A stretch of 64,000 nucleotides of DNA, taken from Calcarisporiella thermophila CBS 279.70. Taxonomy: Eukaryota; Fungi; Calcarisporiellomycota. This document shows, in pieces, positions 50,083 to 64,000 of the stretch; positions within the stretch are counted from its first letter, which is position 1, and each line of letters begins with the position of its first letter. Location of the stretch: contig NW_027192201.1 of assembly GCF_041956535.1 (NCBI RefSeq), positions 796,206 through 860,205 of the forward strand, given 5' to 3'. The notes under the pieces were generated by a model. It was not told the origin of the DNA, searched no databases, and saw nothing but the letters and a program-made list of their open reading frames with translations. A program made the position numbers and the translations under genes.

Positions 50083-51959
50083 ATGGCAAACCATAGTGGT
50101 GCTAATTTTTCTTCTGCAACTGCCGAATGCGTTGAGTTCACCTCGCCGGAGGGTGATTATACGCTGAAGCATGATATTTTTCATGCTGACATTCAGACGA
50201 CCCACGGTACTCATTTATCACTGGTTAATATAAAATACAAGGATACCGCTCCCAACGATACACGTCAAAGCAGTGGAGAAAGTCTTGTCTCTATGTCGAC
50301 AGAACAAGTAGCGGCCGGAGAATCTGAAGGGGATGATGACCAACCTCACACCTCTACTGCTACCAGTGCGCCAAAGCCTATTCCCGAATCGGGCGGGAGC
50401 TCTAGTGGGAGGAATGAAGATTCGAGTTTCTTTTCGTTTGGCTCGGGGCGCCGAAAAAAACCCAAGAACAACATCACTAAAACTAATTCGAGCTTTGTCT
50501 CTCGCATCGACACTCATCCAAGCTTGGCACGTATTCTTGCGAGCAAGACGAACGAGAACACCTACCTATTCTATAATTTATCGAAAAGTTTCTATTGGGC
50601 TGACTTGATGACTAAACCTCAGGTGCGTTATCTTGCGTGCTGTGTATTAACGAAGAATGGATACTCCACTTCCCCTGCATTTACACGGTATTTGTCAATA
50701 TACTAGGAGACCATTTCTCGTATAGACTTCGCCGTTGCCCACCCTACTTGCCATGATGCTAACCTGCTGACCCGTGGGTACGATCACCTAGATATTGTTA
50801 TTGGGTTTTCCTCGAGCGACCTCATTTGGTTTGATCCTCTTTGTATGAAATACGTACGATTGAATAAGGCGGTGAGTTATTTTGAACAGACTTGACATGA
50901 AACAACGGATTCCCGCAATACGAAAGTTGAGCCATGGCTTCTAATTCTGTTCTGACTTTGTTATTAGGGTGTCATTAATAACAGCCCAGTTGTTAGCGTG
51001 AAATGGATGCCAGGCTCTGAGAATCTGTTTATGGCGGCGCACCAAGATGGCAGCATAGTTATCTATGATAAAGACCGCGATGATCAAGCTTTTACGCCAT
51101 CTCCGCCTTCATCCCCCGACTGTTTTCACGTAACTAGACCCGCGAAAAATAGCAAATACAACCCAGTTTCACACTGGTTCGTGAGCACAAAACCGATTAC
51201 TGGTAAGCGGCGTTATTTTTATTACCAGAGATTGAGTCTGATTAACAACTTATTATATGATTAGCATTCGCATTTTCTCCCGATTGCCAGCATGTTGCTG
51301 TCGTGGGAGTTGACGGCTGCCTTCGTGTCATCGAGTTTCTTTCTGAGCGCTTGCATGATACGTATCGATCCTACTTTGGAGGTCTCTCATGTGTCGCTTG
51401 GTCTCCGGATGGGCGCTATATTCTAACCGGAGGCCAAGATGACTTGGTCACGATTTGGGCGTTTCGTGAACAACGTATTGTTGCACGATGCCAAGGACAT
51501 GCGTCGTGGGTAACAAGTGTCGCCTTCGATCCTTGGCGCTGCGATGAACGGAACTACCGATTTGGAAGTGTTGGGGAAGACACGAAGCTGCTGCTATGGG
51601 ATTTTTCAGTGAGCGCGCTACATAAGCCCAAGGGAGGGCATCACTCGCAACGCAGATCAAGTCTGGCATCGACGCTCACTGGTGCCTCCGCCAACACATC
51701 GCTTCGCAGGATAGTGCAGGAAAATAGCAACAGTGGTGTGGCAAAACAGCATGACCCAATCGTGAACATTGTACATCCGGTATTGCCCAAGACTGAAGTT
51801 GCGATGCTACAGCCCGTCATGGCCAAGAGCATTCATAGCGATCCCGTTGTGGAGCTGCATTTCCGAGAGGATGCGGTAGTGACGACAGATCGTAAGGGCC
51901 GAGTCAAGGTGTGGACACGACCAAAACTCCGAACAAGAAACATCGCTGGCGCAGTCTAA
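50083..51959 (+). CDS. creC: WD40 protein of the CreC/WDR20/DMWD family (deubiquitinase cofactor); 4 exons
   Basis: KPKNNITKTNSSFVSR, PTCHDAN, NPVSHW, SYFGGLSCVAWSPDGRYILTGGQDDLVTIW, RCQGHASWVTSVAFDPW, YRFGSVGED. Confidence 0.92.
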
Positions 51960-52434
51960 GAAATGATTATTTTTGATCTAACATTTTTTTTTATGTTCCT
52001 TCTAAAGATTTATATGAGTTGACAAAATTTGTGAAATTTTATGATTCCAAACTTTTTTTTTGCTGTGCTTCTATTTATTTTTCTTTTTTTCTTGTTTCGA
52101 ATATTCTCTTTCCTATTTCTCGCCTACTCTGTGTAATGATAACTCCTTATCTATGCTTTTCCCGATTTCCGTCTGGAATAAGTGTTTGTCTTTTTAATAG
52201 CAATATTATATATTTTTAACCGACACAACAAAAAAAAAAAACAAAAGAACTAAAAATTGCCATCATGAGGAAGAGAAAGAGAAAAAAAAAAGCAGTATAA
52301 AAAGTTTTATATCAATGGTGAAAAAAAAAAAGATTTTTAATAGGCAAAATAAATCATTCATTATAGCGCCCCCTTTTATGCATTGTCCGAACTCCTGAAA
52401 AATAAATCCTCATTGACGCCCGGTTATCGACTGA

Positions 52435-53574
<1,140 letters not shown>

Positions 53575-53894
53575 TATTAAAATCTTGAATTATGATAAAT
53601 TGAAGATGCTCAATTCTGTAATTTGTATAAAATATTTTTCGTTCAGTGTTTTAATTAAAATCGAACAAAGGCAAAAAGGAACAGATGGAACTTTTCACGA
53701 GTTGGGTTGCCAGGCGCGAAAATAAAAAAATAAGACAAAAATGATAGAGAGATGGTTGACGTCAGCAAAGTGTTTAAGATGGAAGATCCAATTTCCCCGC
53801 AAGATGAGGATTTATTCGGAACAATTTTTACATGTCCAGCACTGTTGATTATACAAGCAAAAGTATCAAATTATAGCTACAAACAAGGAGGGTG

Positions 53895-56209
53895 TCACGC
53901 CATTAATCGAGGCACAACCACAGTATAGGGCTTAGTGTCGCGATAGCCTTTGTCTCTGTCTCTCTCGATGCATATGTTGACGATGAATGCACCGTCGTCT
54001 CCTTGATTAAAGGTGGCGTAGTTTCGACGGTTGTAGAGTTTCGTTTTTTTATGCCGTACTTCGTCGACGTCGAGCTCAAACAGATCAACTGAGTCCTCAA
54101 CGGTAAAATCGTTAAGAGTATAGGTCTTAGCACGCATATGGAGGACTTGAATTAATCCGTCTGGTGGAGGGCTAAATACAAGGAAGTATGGCTCAGCTCT
54201 TCATTCATATGGAGCGAATTTAGTTAGACATAGTTACATGTTCACTATCGCGGAGGAGATTATCTGGTACATAGTGTTCGGGTCTTGCTGTTCCTCGACG
54301 GTTGCCTTGCTGTGTAGTTTTCCGACCGATGCACAGTGAACATCCCCACTAATGAAGGTGACCCGAACATTCTTTTCACGTGCATAGAGCTGCAGCTTCT
54401 CAATAAATCCTTTACGCTCTTCCTTATGGGGACCGGCGGTCCAGTGATCTAAATCATATTATATCATTGGTATAGATATATATCAATAGCTCTATAATGG
54501 ATGGATAAAGAAGATGATTACCTGAGAGATCATCTAAAAGCTCTGGATCTGCATTCAGTTTATTCACTACGCTCTCAAACACACCAGTTCGTTGTCCCGT
54601 AAGTATGCTTAGATTCTTCAGCGCCTTTGCACTCTCCATCATATTTTCTGCAAAATTCAATCGCGGATACACAATAGGTACACCAATAAGGACGAATAAA
54701 TGTTGTGTGTCTGGCGGTGTCTCTTCATAGAGCTTGATAAAGGTTGCGTCGTACGTACTGGGTGAGCAAACAGATATTTTTGTCCGCTCCGCACGGGCGT
54801 CCAAGCCAAGCAATAGTACTTGAGGACCGAGGCTGGTGAGAAGGTGGTGCCCGCGTCCCGTGCTATAAAATCCATGCTGTGGTGCCAGATCTTCCGTTGT
54901 ATGATGTTGAAAGAGCAGATAGAAACGCTCTGCTACCTTCCCAATTCTTTGCATTATCTCAGACATTTGCAAACTTTCAGGATAGGATCCAAACCCATCG
55001 ATAATATCATGATCTAAAAATAAAAGAATCCAAATTGGAGGGTAGTCCTCTCAAAAGAGTTATTTTTTACGCGTTGTGCCGAAAATAATTACCATCCCAC
55101 ATGTTAACTGAGGGAATTTGAGCGAGAGCATGAGCATATAAACCCTGAGCGAAATGGCGACAATAATGCCGGAAGTAATAGGCTTGCATTCCACGGTACA
55201 GCCGTTCAGACATAGCCGTATTACGCCGAACCTTTCGGTCACCCTTTTCAAGCCATTCTTCAATCATGACCGGTTCCTTGAGGATGGAGTCGCAGTAAAT
55301 CTAGTGTAAAGGATTGGTCAGAAGGTCGTTTAAAATTTAGCGTAGCGTATAAAAGGCATATACCTGGTCGCCCCCTCCCACCATCAAATGATAAGGCTGC
55401 TCAGAGTGTTTTTTAAAAAAGTCATTCCATAGTGGGTCATGTCCACCCCAAAGCGATTGGTCTTGAACACTTTGGGAATAGCCATTGCAGCTAATAACAA
55501 TAGAATAAGAACATAAGCACACCAGTTATAATGTGAATATTTGCGCCAGCCTAAAAAAAAAATTAAAAAAAATCACCTGAAGAACATCCACCTGTATTTC
55601 TGATTGATTCCAGGAAGAAACCTAAAAAAGGGTAGATATTAATTAAACATGACCGAAAAACTGATTGATGGATAATGGTTACCAAGTGTTCTTTGGCCCC
55701 CCACATATGCTATAACCGACACACTGGTCATCTTGGTCAAGTGGTATTTCTAACCCGAATCTCCAAAACACGTGTCCCTCGTAGTTATCGATGGCTTCGC
55801 CAGTCACGCGTCCTTTCTCTTGTTCCCTCCCACCCTCAAACCACCATTCTAGCACGGGCACGTCCGACTCTTCTGTTTTCTCAACCATAAGCACTGAGCC
55901 GCGCCATACATTATTGAGGACATTTTCATAGCGAAGAAGAGGGCCACATATCCATGAGCGTCCATTAATAACGTTGGGCTCTGGAAGAGGAGTCACTAGC
56001 CCGTACTCGTCACCTTGAACTCGCTCCAAAGGTTTTTCTTCTGTTGCATCGGGGAGATTCTGAGCTAATATTTCTTTGCCACTGGGGCCTTCGGTGCTGG
56101 AAGAAAGGAGAGCGGGAGAAATGGAATCATCCTGGGAGGCGTCTTCATTTTTATCCGACTTCTTCACCTTTTGCTCTACTTTATCTTTAATTTTCTTGAA
56201 AACATTCAT
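53895..56209 (-). CDS. Fungal PhoD-like metallophosphatase family protein; about 7 exons
   Basis: ICGPLLRY, WMFFS|CNGYS, HLMVGGGDQ|IYCD, NMWD|DHDIIDGFGSY, LGLDARAER, ELLDDLS|DHWTA, RVTFISGDVH, NRRNY. Confidence 0.85.
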
Positions 56210-56420
56210 TTTCGAGGGTAGTTAAAATAAGGGCTGTTCGCTAAAGAGAAAGCAGCTCTCATGGCGTATTTGTTTCAAATAATATAAGGTGCGATCGAAA
56301 AACTCAGAAGATCTCCCAAGCCACACACAAGTCACAAATCAATAATCTTTCTCGGCACTCCGTTTACTTCATTGTTTTTCAAGAATCGATCCACACCATT
56401 TAATTAATACTAATCTCGTC

Positions 56421-56898
56421 ATGGTACATACTGATCTTTATTGATGTCATAGGCAGTGCTGTCTCAATTATGTTTGCTAACCCGATCCCTTTGGTATATT
56501 ACAGGCAACACCCTTTATAATTGGTGTTGGTGTCGCAGCAGCAGCGACCGCTGGACGCTATGCAGTCATCGCATTCAAAGAGTTCCAAAAGAGGCCGGTT
56601 ACACCACGCTTGCAGAATTATTACAAAGGTGGATTTGATCCTAAGATGAACAAACGAGAAGCAGCACTCATCCTTGGCTTACGGTAGGATTACTAGATCT
56701 GATGTCCATGGAAGGATAACAAAACACATTGATTAACTGGTTTGATGGCTGTCTAGTGAATCCCAATTAAACAAGGATCGCTTGAAGGAAGCTCACCGCC
56801 GCATTATGCTCCTTAACCACCCAGATCGTGGTGGCTCCCCTTATCTTGCTAGCAAGATCAACGAGGCAAAAGACTTTTTAGAAGGAAAAGTAAAATAA
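56421..56898 (+). CDS. PAM18: Mitochondrial import motor J-protein Pam18/Tim14; 3 exons, the first coding exon is ATG only (missed by the ORF track)
   Basis: M|[41 protein letters not shown]|[34 protein letters not shown]. Confidence 0.95.
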
Positions 56899-57037
56899 TA
56901 TTGTACTTGTCTAAATATATTGTTTAAATAGAATTCTTTTATGTTGAGCTACAATCCAAATGCTTGTTTTTTGACAATATGTCCATGATCAAAATCATAC
57001 AATCTATATCCGATAAATGCTTTTATTTTATTAACCA

Positions 57038-57890
57038 TTAAACAACAATTTCCCCTTCTACTGCACGCTGGTCGAGTCCTAGCTCACGGAGACATGTGAA
57101 GTATCGCTCGAGACTTTGACGTTTTAGATATCTCAATAACTTGGCACGCTGGTGTACCATGCTACGAAGTGCACGATAGTTGTGTTTATCTTTACGGTGT
57201 TGCTGTAAGTGTTCATGAAGGTTCAGAATTCTGACGGTGAGTACAGCGGCTGATGTTTCAGAAAATGAATTAATAAAACCATGGAGAAAGATGGGCAGAG
57301 TATAGTCCTAATATAATCACCTTGAACCTCTGGACTGCCGGTGTCCCCTTCTTTCAGCTGGAACCATTCAATTGCCTTTTGAATCCTGTACAAATTTTCG
57401 GCCTTCGCATTGGCAGTCTCTAATGAAACAATCCTCCTCACCATTTCTGCCTTTTCCTTCTCTCGCCGTAGTGCTTCTTCTGGCGATGCTATGGTCACTT
57501 TTGTGCTGGAGATAGCCTGTGGCGCCATTTCGATCACTAATTTTTCCTCTTCGGGGGTAATGAAATGCTGTAGTTTGCCAGCAGTAGGTGTGGAGAGCGA
57601 ACGGATGAAAGCGGTCTCTTTGGAAATGATAGGCGATGGCTTCGAGGCCTCCCATGCGGCTTTACGGGCAGCACGCTTGGCCAAGTTAGCTTGCTTGAGA
57701 CGTTTGGCGCGACGACTCGCGTGTGCGATCGGAGTGGTGTGGAATGAGCGTATCCATTGGGAGGGTGCTAAAGAGAGTCGATCGTCGGATTAGTAAAAGC
57801 AGAAAGGTCCTGGAGGATCAAGTGGATCTTACCTGAAGATCCAGCTGGTACCAGTAACCGCCGGCAGTGTCCTAACAGCTGTGTGAACAT
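57038..57890 (-). CDS. MRPS15: Mitochondrial ribosomal protein uS15m (yeast Mrps28-like); 3 exons
   Basis: Presequence MFTQLLGHCRRLL..RSFHTT; GDTGSPEVQ|AAVLTVRILNLHEHLQQHRKDKHNYRALRSMVHQRAKLLRYLK. Confidence 0.93.
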
Positions 57891-58154
57891 AATTTATTAT
57901 CTATGAATGATTTGGTTTTTTTCCCCCTCTGCTCCGAACCCTAAACGATCTCTACTTGTTTACAGAGCAGTGGAGCAGTCTGGTGAGGCGCAGGCGATTT
58001 TCTTATTGATGTGAATAAAAATTTACAATAATAAAACACGATTGGGCTAAGCAAGCAAACAAGGGAGGGCAAGTGTCGCACAATAGATGGTGTATAAGTA
58101 GAAAATTACAATAAGAATATAGTTATTTTTTCTTTTCGATACAACGAGAAAACA

Positions 58155-59297
58155 TTAAGTGTCTGAAAATGTGTGGGAGGGATACACGGGGATGCCAACT
58201 GAAGCCATCGAAGCTGACGCAGACGACGATGACGCAGAAGTGGAGGTGGTTGGGGTTTCCATGCTGGTTGTTGCCCATCGGTTATCGCCTGCCACCTGGT
58301 ATTGATATGCCCCACTGAGAAATGAGAACGAATCGCCATTCCATTCTTTGCCGCCCCCACCTCCGGTCAGATCTTTTGAGGGCGAGCCGAACGCAAACTG
58401 CATGCTTGCAGTGGTGTGCTGACGTGGGTAGCTGGTGAAGGCGGAGGTGGGGCGGGAGTAGCCGCGGTTTGGTATATCCTGCGAGGCGGACGGGGTGGTG
58501 TACCCCTGGGTGCGATAGTAAAAGTCTAGAGCGCGCTGATCGAACTCGTTTCGCCCGTTCGCGTCGTACTTATTTTCGGCGGAAAACTCGGAGGAATACA
58601 TCGAAGGGTGTGTGAGTACGGGCGTCGAGGAGGATTGCTGGGGGATGGGGTGGGTGCCGAGGGGTTGATCATGGTAGGAAGAATAGAGGCTTCCCGCGGA
58701 GGTGGGCGACGAAGGATCGCTTAAGGGGGGAACTCGAAAGTTTTGCTTCAGCAAGAGTTCGGGCGATATCTCCAGACTCGCAAGCTCGGGCACAGAAGAA
58801 GGCGTGCGTAACCGACCGCTGATGACGTCCTCGATGGTGTAATAGGACACCAGGTGTTGGCATACGCCGTGCACCACGATTGAGATAGTCTTCTTGATAA
58901 GCCCGTTCTTTTTGAAATGGTATGAGTTTGTGAGCGAGCCAACGAGCTGCCTCTCCCTCTCGGCGCACGTCTCCTCCATAAGGGACACGGCGGGGGGCCG
59001 CTGGGCCAGCGAGAGCAGCTCGCGCTTCCCCTGGCCATTTCTCTTATCCAGCTCGCGATAGAGCAGAAAATTGCCAAGGATACGAGAGGGGCTCCACACA
59101 AGCCCGTCCGTCCAGCGCTTTATCCCGGATTCACGCTCATCAAAAACAAACACCGTTCCCGATCGGATTAGCCGCCGCTCTTTTTCGTGCAATCGCCTAC
59201 AGACGCGGGGAAGCAATCCTCTTCGACATGCCTCGAAAATAAGAAGAGTATCTTGTGTTGTTTCAACAAAGCCATGGTATGTTTCAGTCACGCTCAT
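58155..59297 (-). CDS. Gti1/Pac2 family (WOPR domain; Wor1/Ryp1/Sge1-like) transcription factor; intronless
   Basis: TYHGFVETTQDTLLIFEAC..IRSGTVFVFDERESGIKRWTDGLVWSPSRILGNFLLYREL and GLIKKTIS..HLVSYY. Confidence 0.93.
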   Translation of the reverse strand: MSVTETYHGFVETTQDTLLIFEACRRGLLPRVCRRLHEKERRLIRSGTVFVFDERESGIKRWTDGLVWSPSRILGNFLLYRELDKRNGQGKRELLSLAQRPPAVSLMEETCAERERQLVGSLTNSYHFKKNGLIKKTISIVVHGVCQHLVSYYTIEDVISGRLRTPSSVPELASLEISPELLLKQNFRVPPLSDPSSPTSAGSLYSSYHDQPLGTHPIPQQSSSTPVLTHPSMYSSEFSAENKYDANGRNEFDQRALDFYYRTQGYTTPSASQDIPNRGYSRPTSAFTSYPRQHTTASMQFAFGSPSKDLTGGGGGKEWNGDSFSFLSGAYQYQVAGDNRWATTSMETPTTSTSASSSSASASMASVGIPVYPSHTFSDT

Positions 59298-59387
59298 TGT
59301 TTTAGAATAATATAGCTACGCAATGGGCTATTGCATTACACGGTCGTGTTGGAAAGCGTAACGCGTAACTCTTTATGTAAATAGAGG

Positions 59388-59443
59388 ATATATATATATA
59401 TAAATATATAAATATAAAGGTAGAGATATAGATATATGTATAG

Positions 59444-59480
<37 letters not shown>
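59388..59480. repeat. Compound (TA)n/(TG)10 microsatellite in the 5' region of the Gti1/Pac2 gene
   Basis: Interrupted TA runs followed by tgtgtgtgtgtgtgtgtgtg. Confidence 0.9.
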
Positions 59481-59481
<1 letters not shown>

Positions 59482-60339
59482 TTGCGTGAGGGTAGGCCTT
59501 GAGGAAGAAATGAAATGAAGGAATCAGAAGAAAATGAAACAAAAGGCCGATGATCCGTTGGCGGAACTATATAACAGGGGGGAGTCACGGAAAAAAGGGG
59601 AAGGGTTGGGAGAGGAGGGGAGCTCTGGCAACAGGAAGCAGCGGTTTTTAGAGTTCGGAGACCCCGAAAAGATGGCCGCAGTTGAGGGAGGACTGATCCA
59701 CTCTACAGGATTACGCTACAAAGCAGCTTTTTCTCTCGCGCTGTTCGTTGTGTTCACGTGGATTTTTGCTTTAGAGTTCTTCTTCTTCTTCTTCTTCTCA
59801 CATCCATTGAAGCGGCGACCATCCGCTTCGCCCCTACCAGCTTTCTCACGATCTTCTTTGCCTTCCTATTATATCGCGATTAGGCTCTGTCGGATCCATA
59901 GACTTCGATACTAACCTCACGAATGTCAAACGCGGAAGAAGGGGAGGAAGACCCTGCGTGGGCTCGCAACCAGCCCCAGGGCTGCGCTCTGGGAAAAAGC
60001 AGCACGAAGAGCAACCCCAATGGTTGGGAAGAAGATGGCCGTTCCATCGATAAGATGTAATTAATATATTACTGCTTAGTCGTTTATTTTATTTTATAAT
60101 ATCCAAATCATATTTTCATTAATTTGGGAATTTGCCTTCTTGTATTCCCTATCCTTAGTTTAATCATGGGAAGAATTTTGGAACCAGTTTTTTGGATCCT
60201 AGGTTAGGTTATAACGGGTTAGGTTACTTTATACGCCGCCCCCTTTCCGTGGCTTAGCATTCAACACAACATTTTTGTTTCTTTCATCCCTTGAAGAGCT
60301 CAAGTGTGGACCATTCCCCAGCTCCTTTAGATTCAGATC

Positions 60340-63126
60340 ATGACAAAACGCGCAAGATCCCGATCGAGATCGCCTTCATCTAAACGTAAGTGTAGCATCT
60401 CAGGCGAATCTCCTAAAGAGAATCACATACGCAATTCAGGACCCAAGCGACTTTTTAGCGCTAGCTCAGGCAAAAACCTGGCTTCAGCAATAGACTTTGA
60501 TGATGAGCATAAAAGTGAGTCTACTTCTAATAAAATGGTGGAAGACGAGGATGAAGTTGATCCTCTTGATGCTTTCATGGTGGGAGTAAACGCTGAAGTG
60601 GCCGAATTAAACAAACAGGATGCCCAGCGGTTAGAGCTTTTACATGGAAAAGGAAGGAGTGGGCGGGCAAATGGACGGGTAAACGAGGACGAGGAAAATG
60701 AGGAAGAGACTTCGGATCCAGAAGACATCTTAGCGTAAGTCTAGTGCTAATTCATGTTTGCTACGTTCATCCTAACCACTCTTTTTTGTTTTTTCTTTAT
60801 ATTCAGATTGGCATCAAAAAAGGTCAAGAAAAAAGATCTCGCTATTGTTGATCATTCACAAATCAAATACGAACCGTTTCGTAAGGATTTCTATATTGAA
60901 CATCCTGAACTGCAAGAGATGACTCCAGATCAGGTCGACCTTTTGCGTATTGAACTAGATGGAATTAAAATCCGTGGGGTTGACTGTCCAAAACCAATCA
61001 AAAAATGGACCCATGCTGGAATGCCCGCTGGATGGTAAATAGTCATTTCCTTTTTTTTCGCTGAAGCTCTCATATTCACGATTTCTAATGCTTGTTTTTT
61101 TTTTTCAGTCTTGAGGTGATCAGAAAACTTAACTTCGTAAAACCAACCCCTATCCAAGCTCAGGCAATTCCTGCTATCATGAACGGTCGTGATGTGATTG
61201 GCGTCGCAAAGACAGGCTCGGGGAAAACTATCGCGTTCTTATTACCCATGTTTCGTCATATAATGGACCAGCGCTTTCTTGAACCAGGAGAGGGTCCGAT
61301 CGCAGTTATCATGACGCCAACGCGCGAACTAGCTGTGCAAATTCATAAAGAGTGCAAGCTGTTCCTAAAGATCCTTGGTCTGAGGGTAAGCTAATCATGA
61401 CGCATTCATGCAAAACTTTCGTGAACCCATACTAATACGATTTTCCCATATAATAGGCTGTCTGTGCTTATGGTGGCTCTCCTATTAAAGATCAAATTGC
61501 CGAACTCAAGCGTGGAGCGGAAATTGTAGTCTGTACCCCTGGGCGAATGATCGACCTCCTTTGCGCTAACTCTGGGCGTGTAACCAATTTACGTCGATGC
61601 ACTTATCTAGTATTGGATGAGGCCGACCGCATGTTTGATATGGGTTTCGAACCGCAAGTGATGCGAATTGTTAATAATGTACGCCCCGACCGACAAACCG
61701 TTTTATTCTCAGCTACTTTTCCAAGACAAATGGAGGCGCTTGCACGAAAGATTCTCCGCCGCCCACTTGAAATCACAGTAGGCGGCCGCAGCGTGGTATC
61801 GGACGACGTTCAACAGGTGGTGGAGGTGATCGAGGATGACAAAAAATTCTTGCGTTTATTGGAGATTTTGGGCGAGACTTATCATAAGCATCCTGATGAG
61901 TTGACCCTTATCTTTGTGGATCGTCAAGAGGCAGCAGATAACTTACTAGGAGATTTGATGCGGAGAGGATATTTTTGCATGTCCATACACGGAGGAAAGG
62001 TAAATAGTATTATTGCGTTTTTTAATACACTTTGATTAACTGGGGTTTTTTTTTTCTCCATTAGGATCAAGCTGATCGTGATAGCACAATTCGTGACTTC
62101 AAGAATAGCATTTTCAACATTCTAATAGCTACTTCAGTTGCAGCGCGTGGCCTCGATGTCAAAAAGCTTGGCCTCGTGATAAACTATGAATGCCCCAATC
62201 ATATGGAAGACTATGTGCATCGTTGCGGTCGCACTGGTCGTGCGGGTAACAAGGGTATAGCATACACATTTATCACTCCAGAGCAAGATCGCTATGCGAT
62301 GGATATCTTGAAAGCGCTGCGAATGAGTAAACAGCCAATACCTGAGGAGCTACAGAATCTAGTCAATGGGTTCCAAGAGAAAATCAAGGCTGGGTCGGCA
62401 CGGGCAGCAGGATCAGGCTTCGGTGGAAAAGGGCTGGAAAAACTGGAGAAAGAGCGTGATACTCTCAAGAAACTGCAGCGTAGGACTCATGGAGGCGACG
62501 TGTCCGACCAAGAGAGTGACGAGGAAACAGGCGAGCTCGAAGGAGATGAAGTGGTGCCATTCGAAGCGAAACTAGTCAAGAAGACCGAGCCTGTTTTGCC
62601 TGCGGTGAAAGTAGATACTAAGGATCCTTCTGCTCGTCAGGCGCTCAAGGCTGCACAGGAGGCTGCGGCACGCATCAGTGCCCTTGTAGCCGATAAGAGC
62701 AAGCAAGGCCAAGCGAAAGATATCCTTTCTGAAATCAATTCCCGCTTCGCTGCGGGAGCCACGCAGGCCGCTGGAAAATTGGGCGAGAAGGCCGAGGGCG
62801 AAGGAAAATCGTTCTGCTACGAGGTTGAAATCAACGACTACCCACAGAAGGCGCGCTGGCGTATTAACAATAAAGAAACAATATCCCAAATCACAGAGGA
62901 CACAGGGGCGGCCATCACAACTCGTGGGACTTATTTCCCCCCTGGAAAGCAACCTGGACCGGGAGAGCGAAAGCTATATTTGGTTATTGAAGGTGATACT
63001 GAGATGATGGTGGAGCTAGCCAAGAATGAAGTTAGACGAATCTTGACCGAAGCGACCATTGCTGCGATGGAGCAGGAGGCACGGCAAGGTGCCGGATCCG
63101 CAGTTGGACGCTATTCTGTTGTGTAA
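60340..63126 (+). CDS. PRP5: Pre-mRNA-processing DEAD-box helicase Prp5/DDX46; 5 exons
   Basis: RS-rich N-terminus, DPLDAFM motif, [56 protein letters not shown]-terminal [13 protein letters not shown]-like domain. Confidence 0.96.
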
Positions 63127-63402
63127 AGTCGAAAAAAGAAAAATGCAGATTCTTCCTGTAACCTATCTTTTCTACCTCTTCTTCTTCTAATCTTATTTGC
63201 TTTTTACCTTGGAAGTATATAAATAAATCCTCCATTTTTGTCGAGACATTCAATTTTAATATTGCGTGGAATCTAGTAGAAATGGTCTGATTAAATTCTA
63301 GGGACGGCTTTGCTGCGTCACTTTTTTCCCGATTTCTGCCGCTCGTTTTGTTTTCGACCGCTTTTAGAGCAAGGGGTTCGAGACCAAAAAAAACTGACTC
63401 TA

Positions 63403-64000
63403 ATGTTGAACGCTTTTAAGTTTGCCTCGCGCGTTCCGGTGAGAATTTTTTAGGGGAAATAATTCTGTGGTGATAAATACCCTTACGAGAGTCTCTTTCT
63501 AGGTTGGACAACAGACGCGACTATTCAGTGTTTCTGCCTCTATCATGGTTAATATCCATTTCCCATATTTTTGCATCTCTGGCGTTCAATTAACCTTTGC
63601 TTCATCCATAGCAAAAATTCAGAGTTGAACGTGATACTTTCGGTGAGCTGCAAGTCCCTGCCGACAAGTACTGGGGCGCGCAGACTCAACGGTAAGCATG
63701 ATGAATTGAATTGAGGATTTTCTGGGAGCGCAAATGCGGAGATAATCTGACATTTTTCTTATTTAATTAAGATCTCTTCAAAACTTCAAGATTGGTGGGG
63801 AGCGTGAGCGTATGCCCGAGCCACTTATCAAAGCCTTTGGAGTGGTGAAAAAGGCCGCCGCAACTGCTAATATGACCTATGGACTTGACTCCAAAATTGG
63901 TCAGGCGATTATTCAAGCCGCTGACGAAGTTGCCTCGGGGAAGTTGATTGACCACTTCCCACTGGTGGTCTGGCAGACTGGCTCTGGTACCCAGACAAAC
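63403..64000 (+). CDS. FUM1: Class II fumarate hydratase; 3' end runs off the window
   Basis: [12 protein letters not shown]|[15 protein letters not shown]|[27 protein letters not shown]|[25 protein letters not shown]. Confidence 0.96.

Noticed and set aside
59336-59914. ORFs rich in YI/HT dipeptides or poly-F
   Set aside because: They are translations of (TA)n, (TG)n and (TTC)n microsatellites in a promoter/UTR region.

Overview
Gene-dense eukaryotic DNA with short spliceosomal introns (mostly about 55-90 nt). The gene content and protein sequences suggest an early-diverging, Mucoromycota-like fungus; this is inference, not a database result. About 23 protein-coding genes can be reconstructed by eye, in order: mitochondrial carrier (partial), SIN3 (with an N-gap in a Glu/Gly tail), FYVE protein, two tandem MCT/Mch-type MFS transporters, mitochondrial J-protein, TPR protein, SUR7/PalI protein, XRN1, CKAP2-like protein, an orphan gene, AVT1-like transporter, YANK/STK32 kinase, sphingoid base kinase, neurofibromin/IRA RasGAP, CreC/WDR20, PP2A catalytic subunit, PhoD-like protein, PAM18, mitochondrial uS15, Gti1/Pac2 (WOPR) factor, PRP5/DDX46 and fumarase (partial). 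I recognised no tRNA, rRNA, CRISPR array or autonomous transposon. The leading candidate for something new is the CKAP2-like spindle protein, which has an unfamiliar LP[ADE]DTF repeat array and MCB plus CDE/CHR-like promoter elements. Other leads are a (TTAGG)n motif recurring in divergent promoters, a PP2A intron that toggles the tail between DYFL and DYL, a degenerate R3H domain inside XRN1, a 22-bp perfect inverted repeat, two GC-AG introns and one U12-like intron. Exon boundaries were derived manually and may be off by a few bases.
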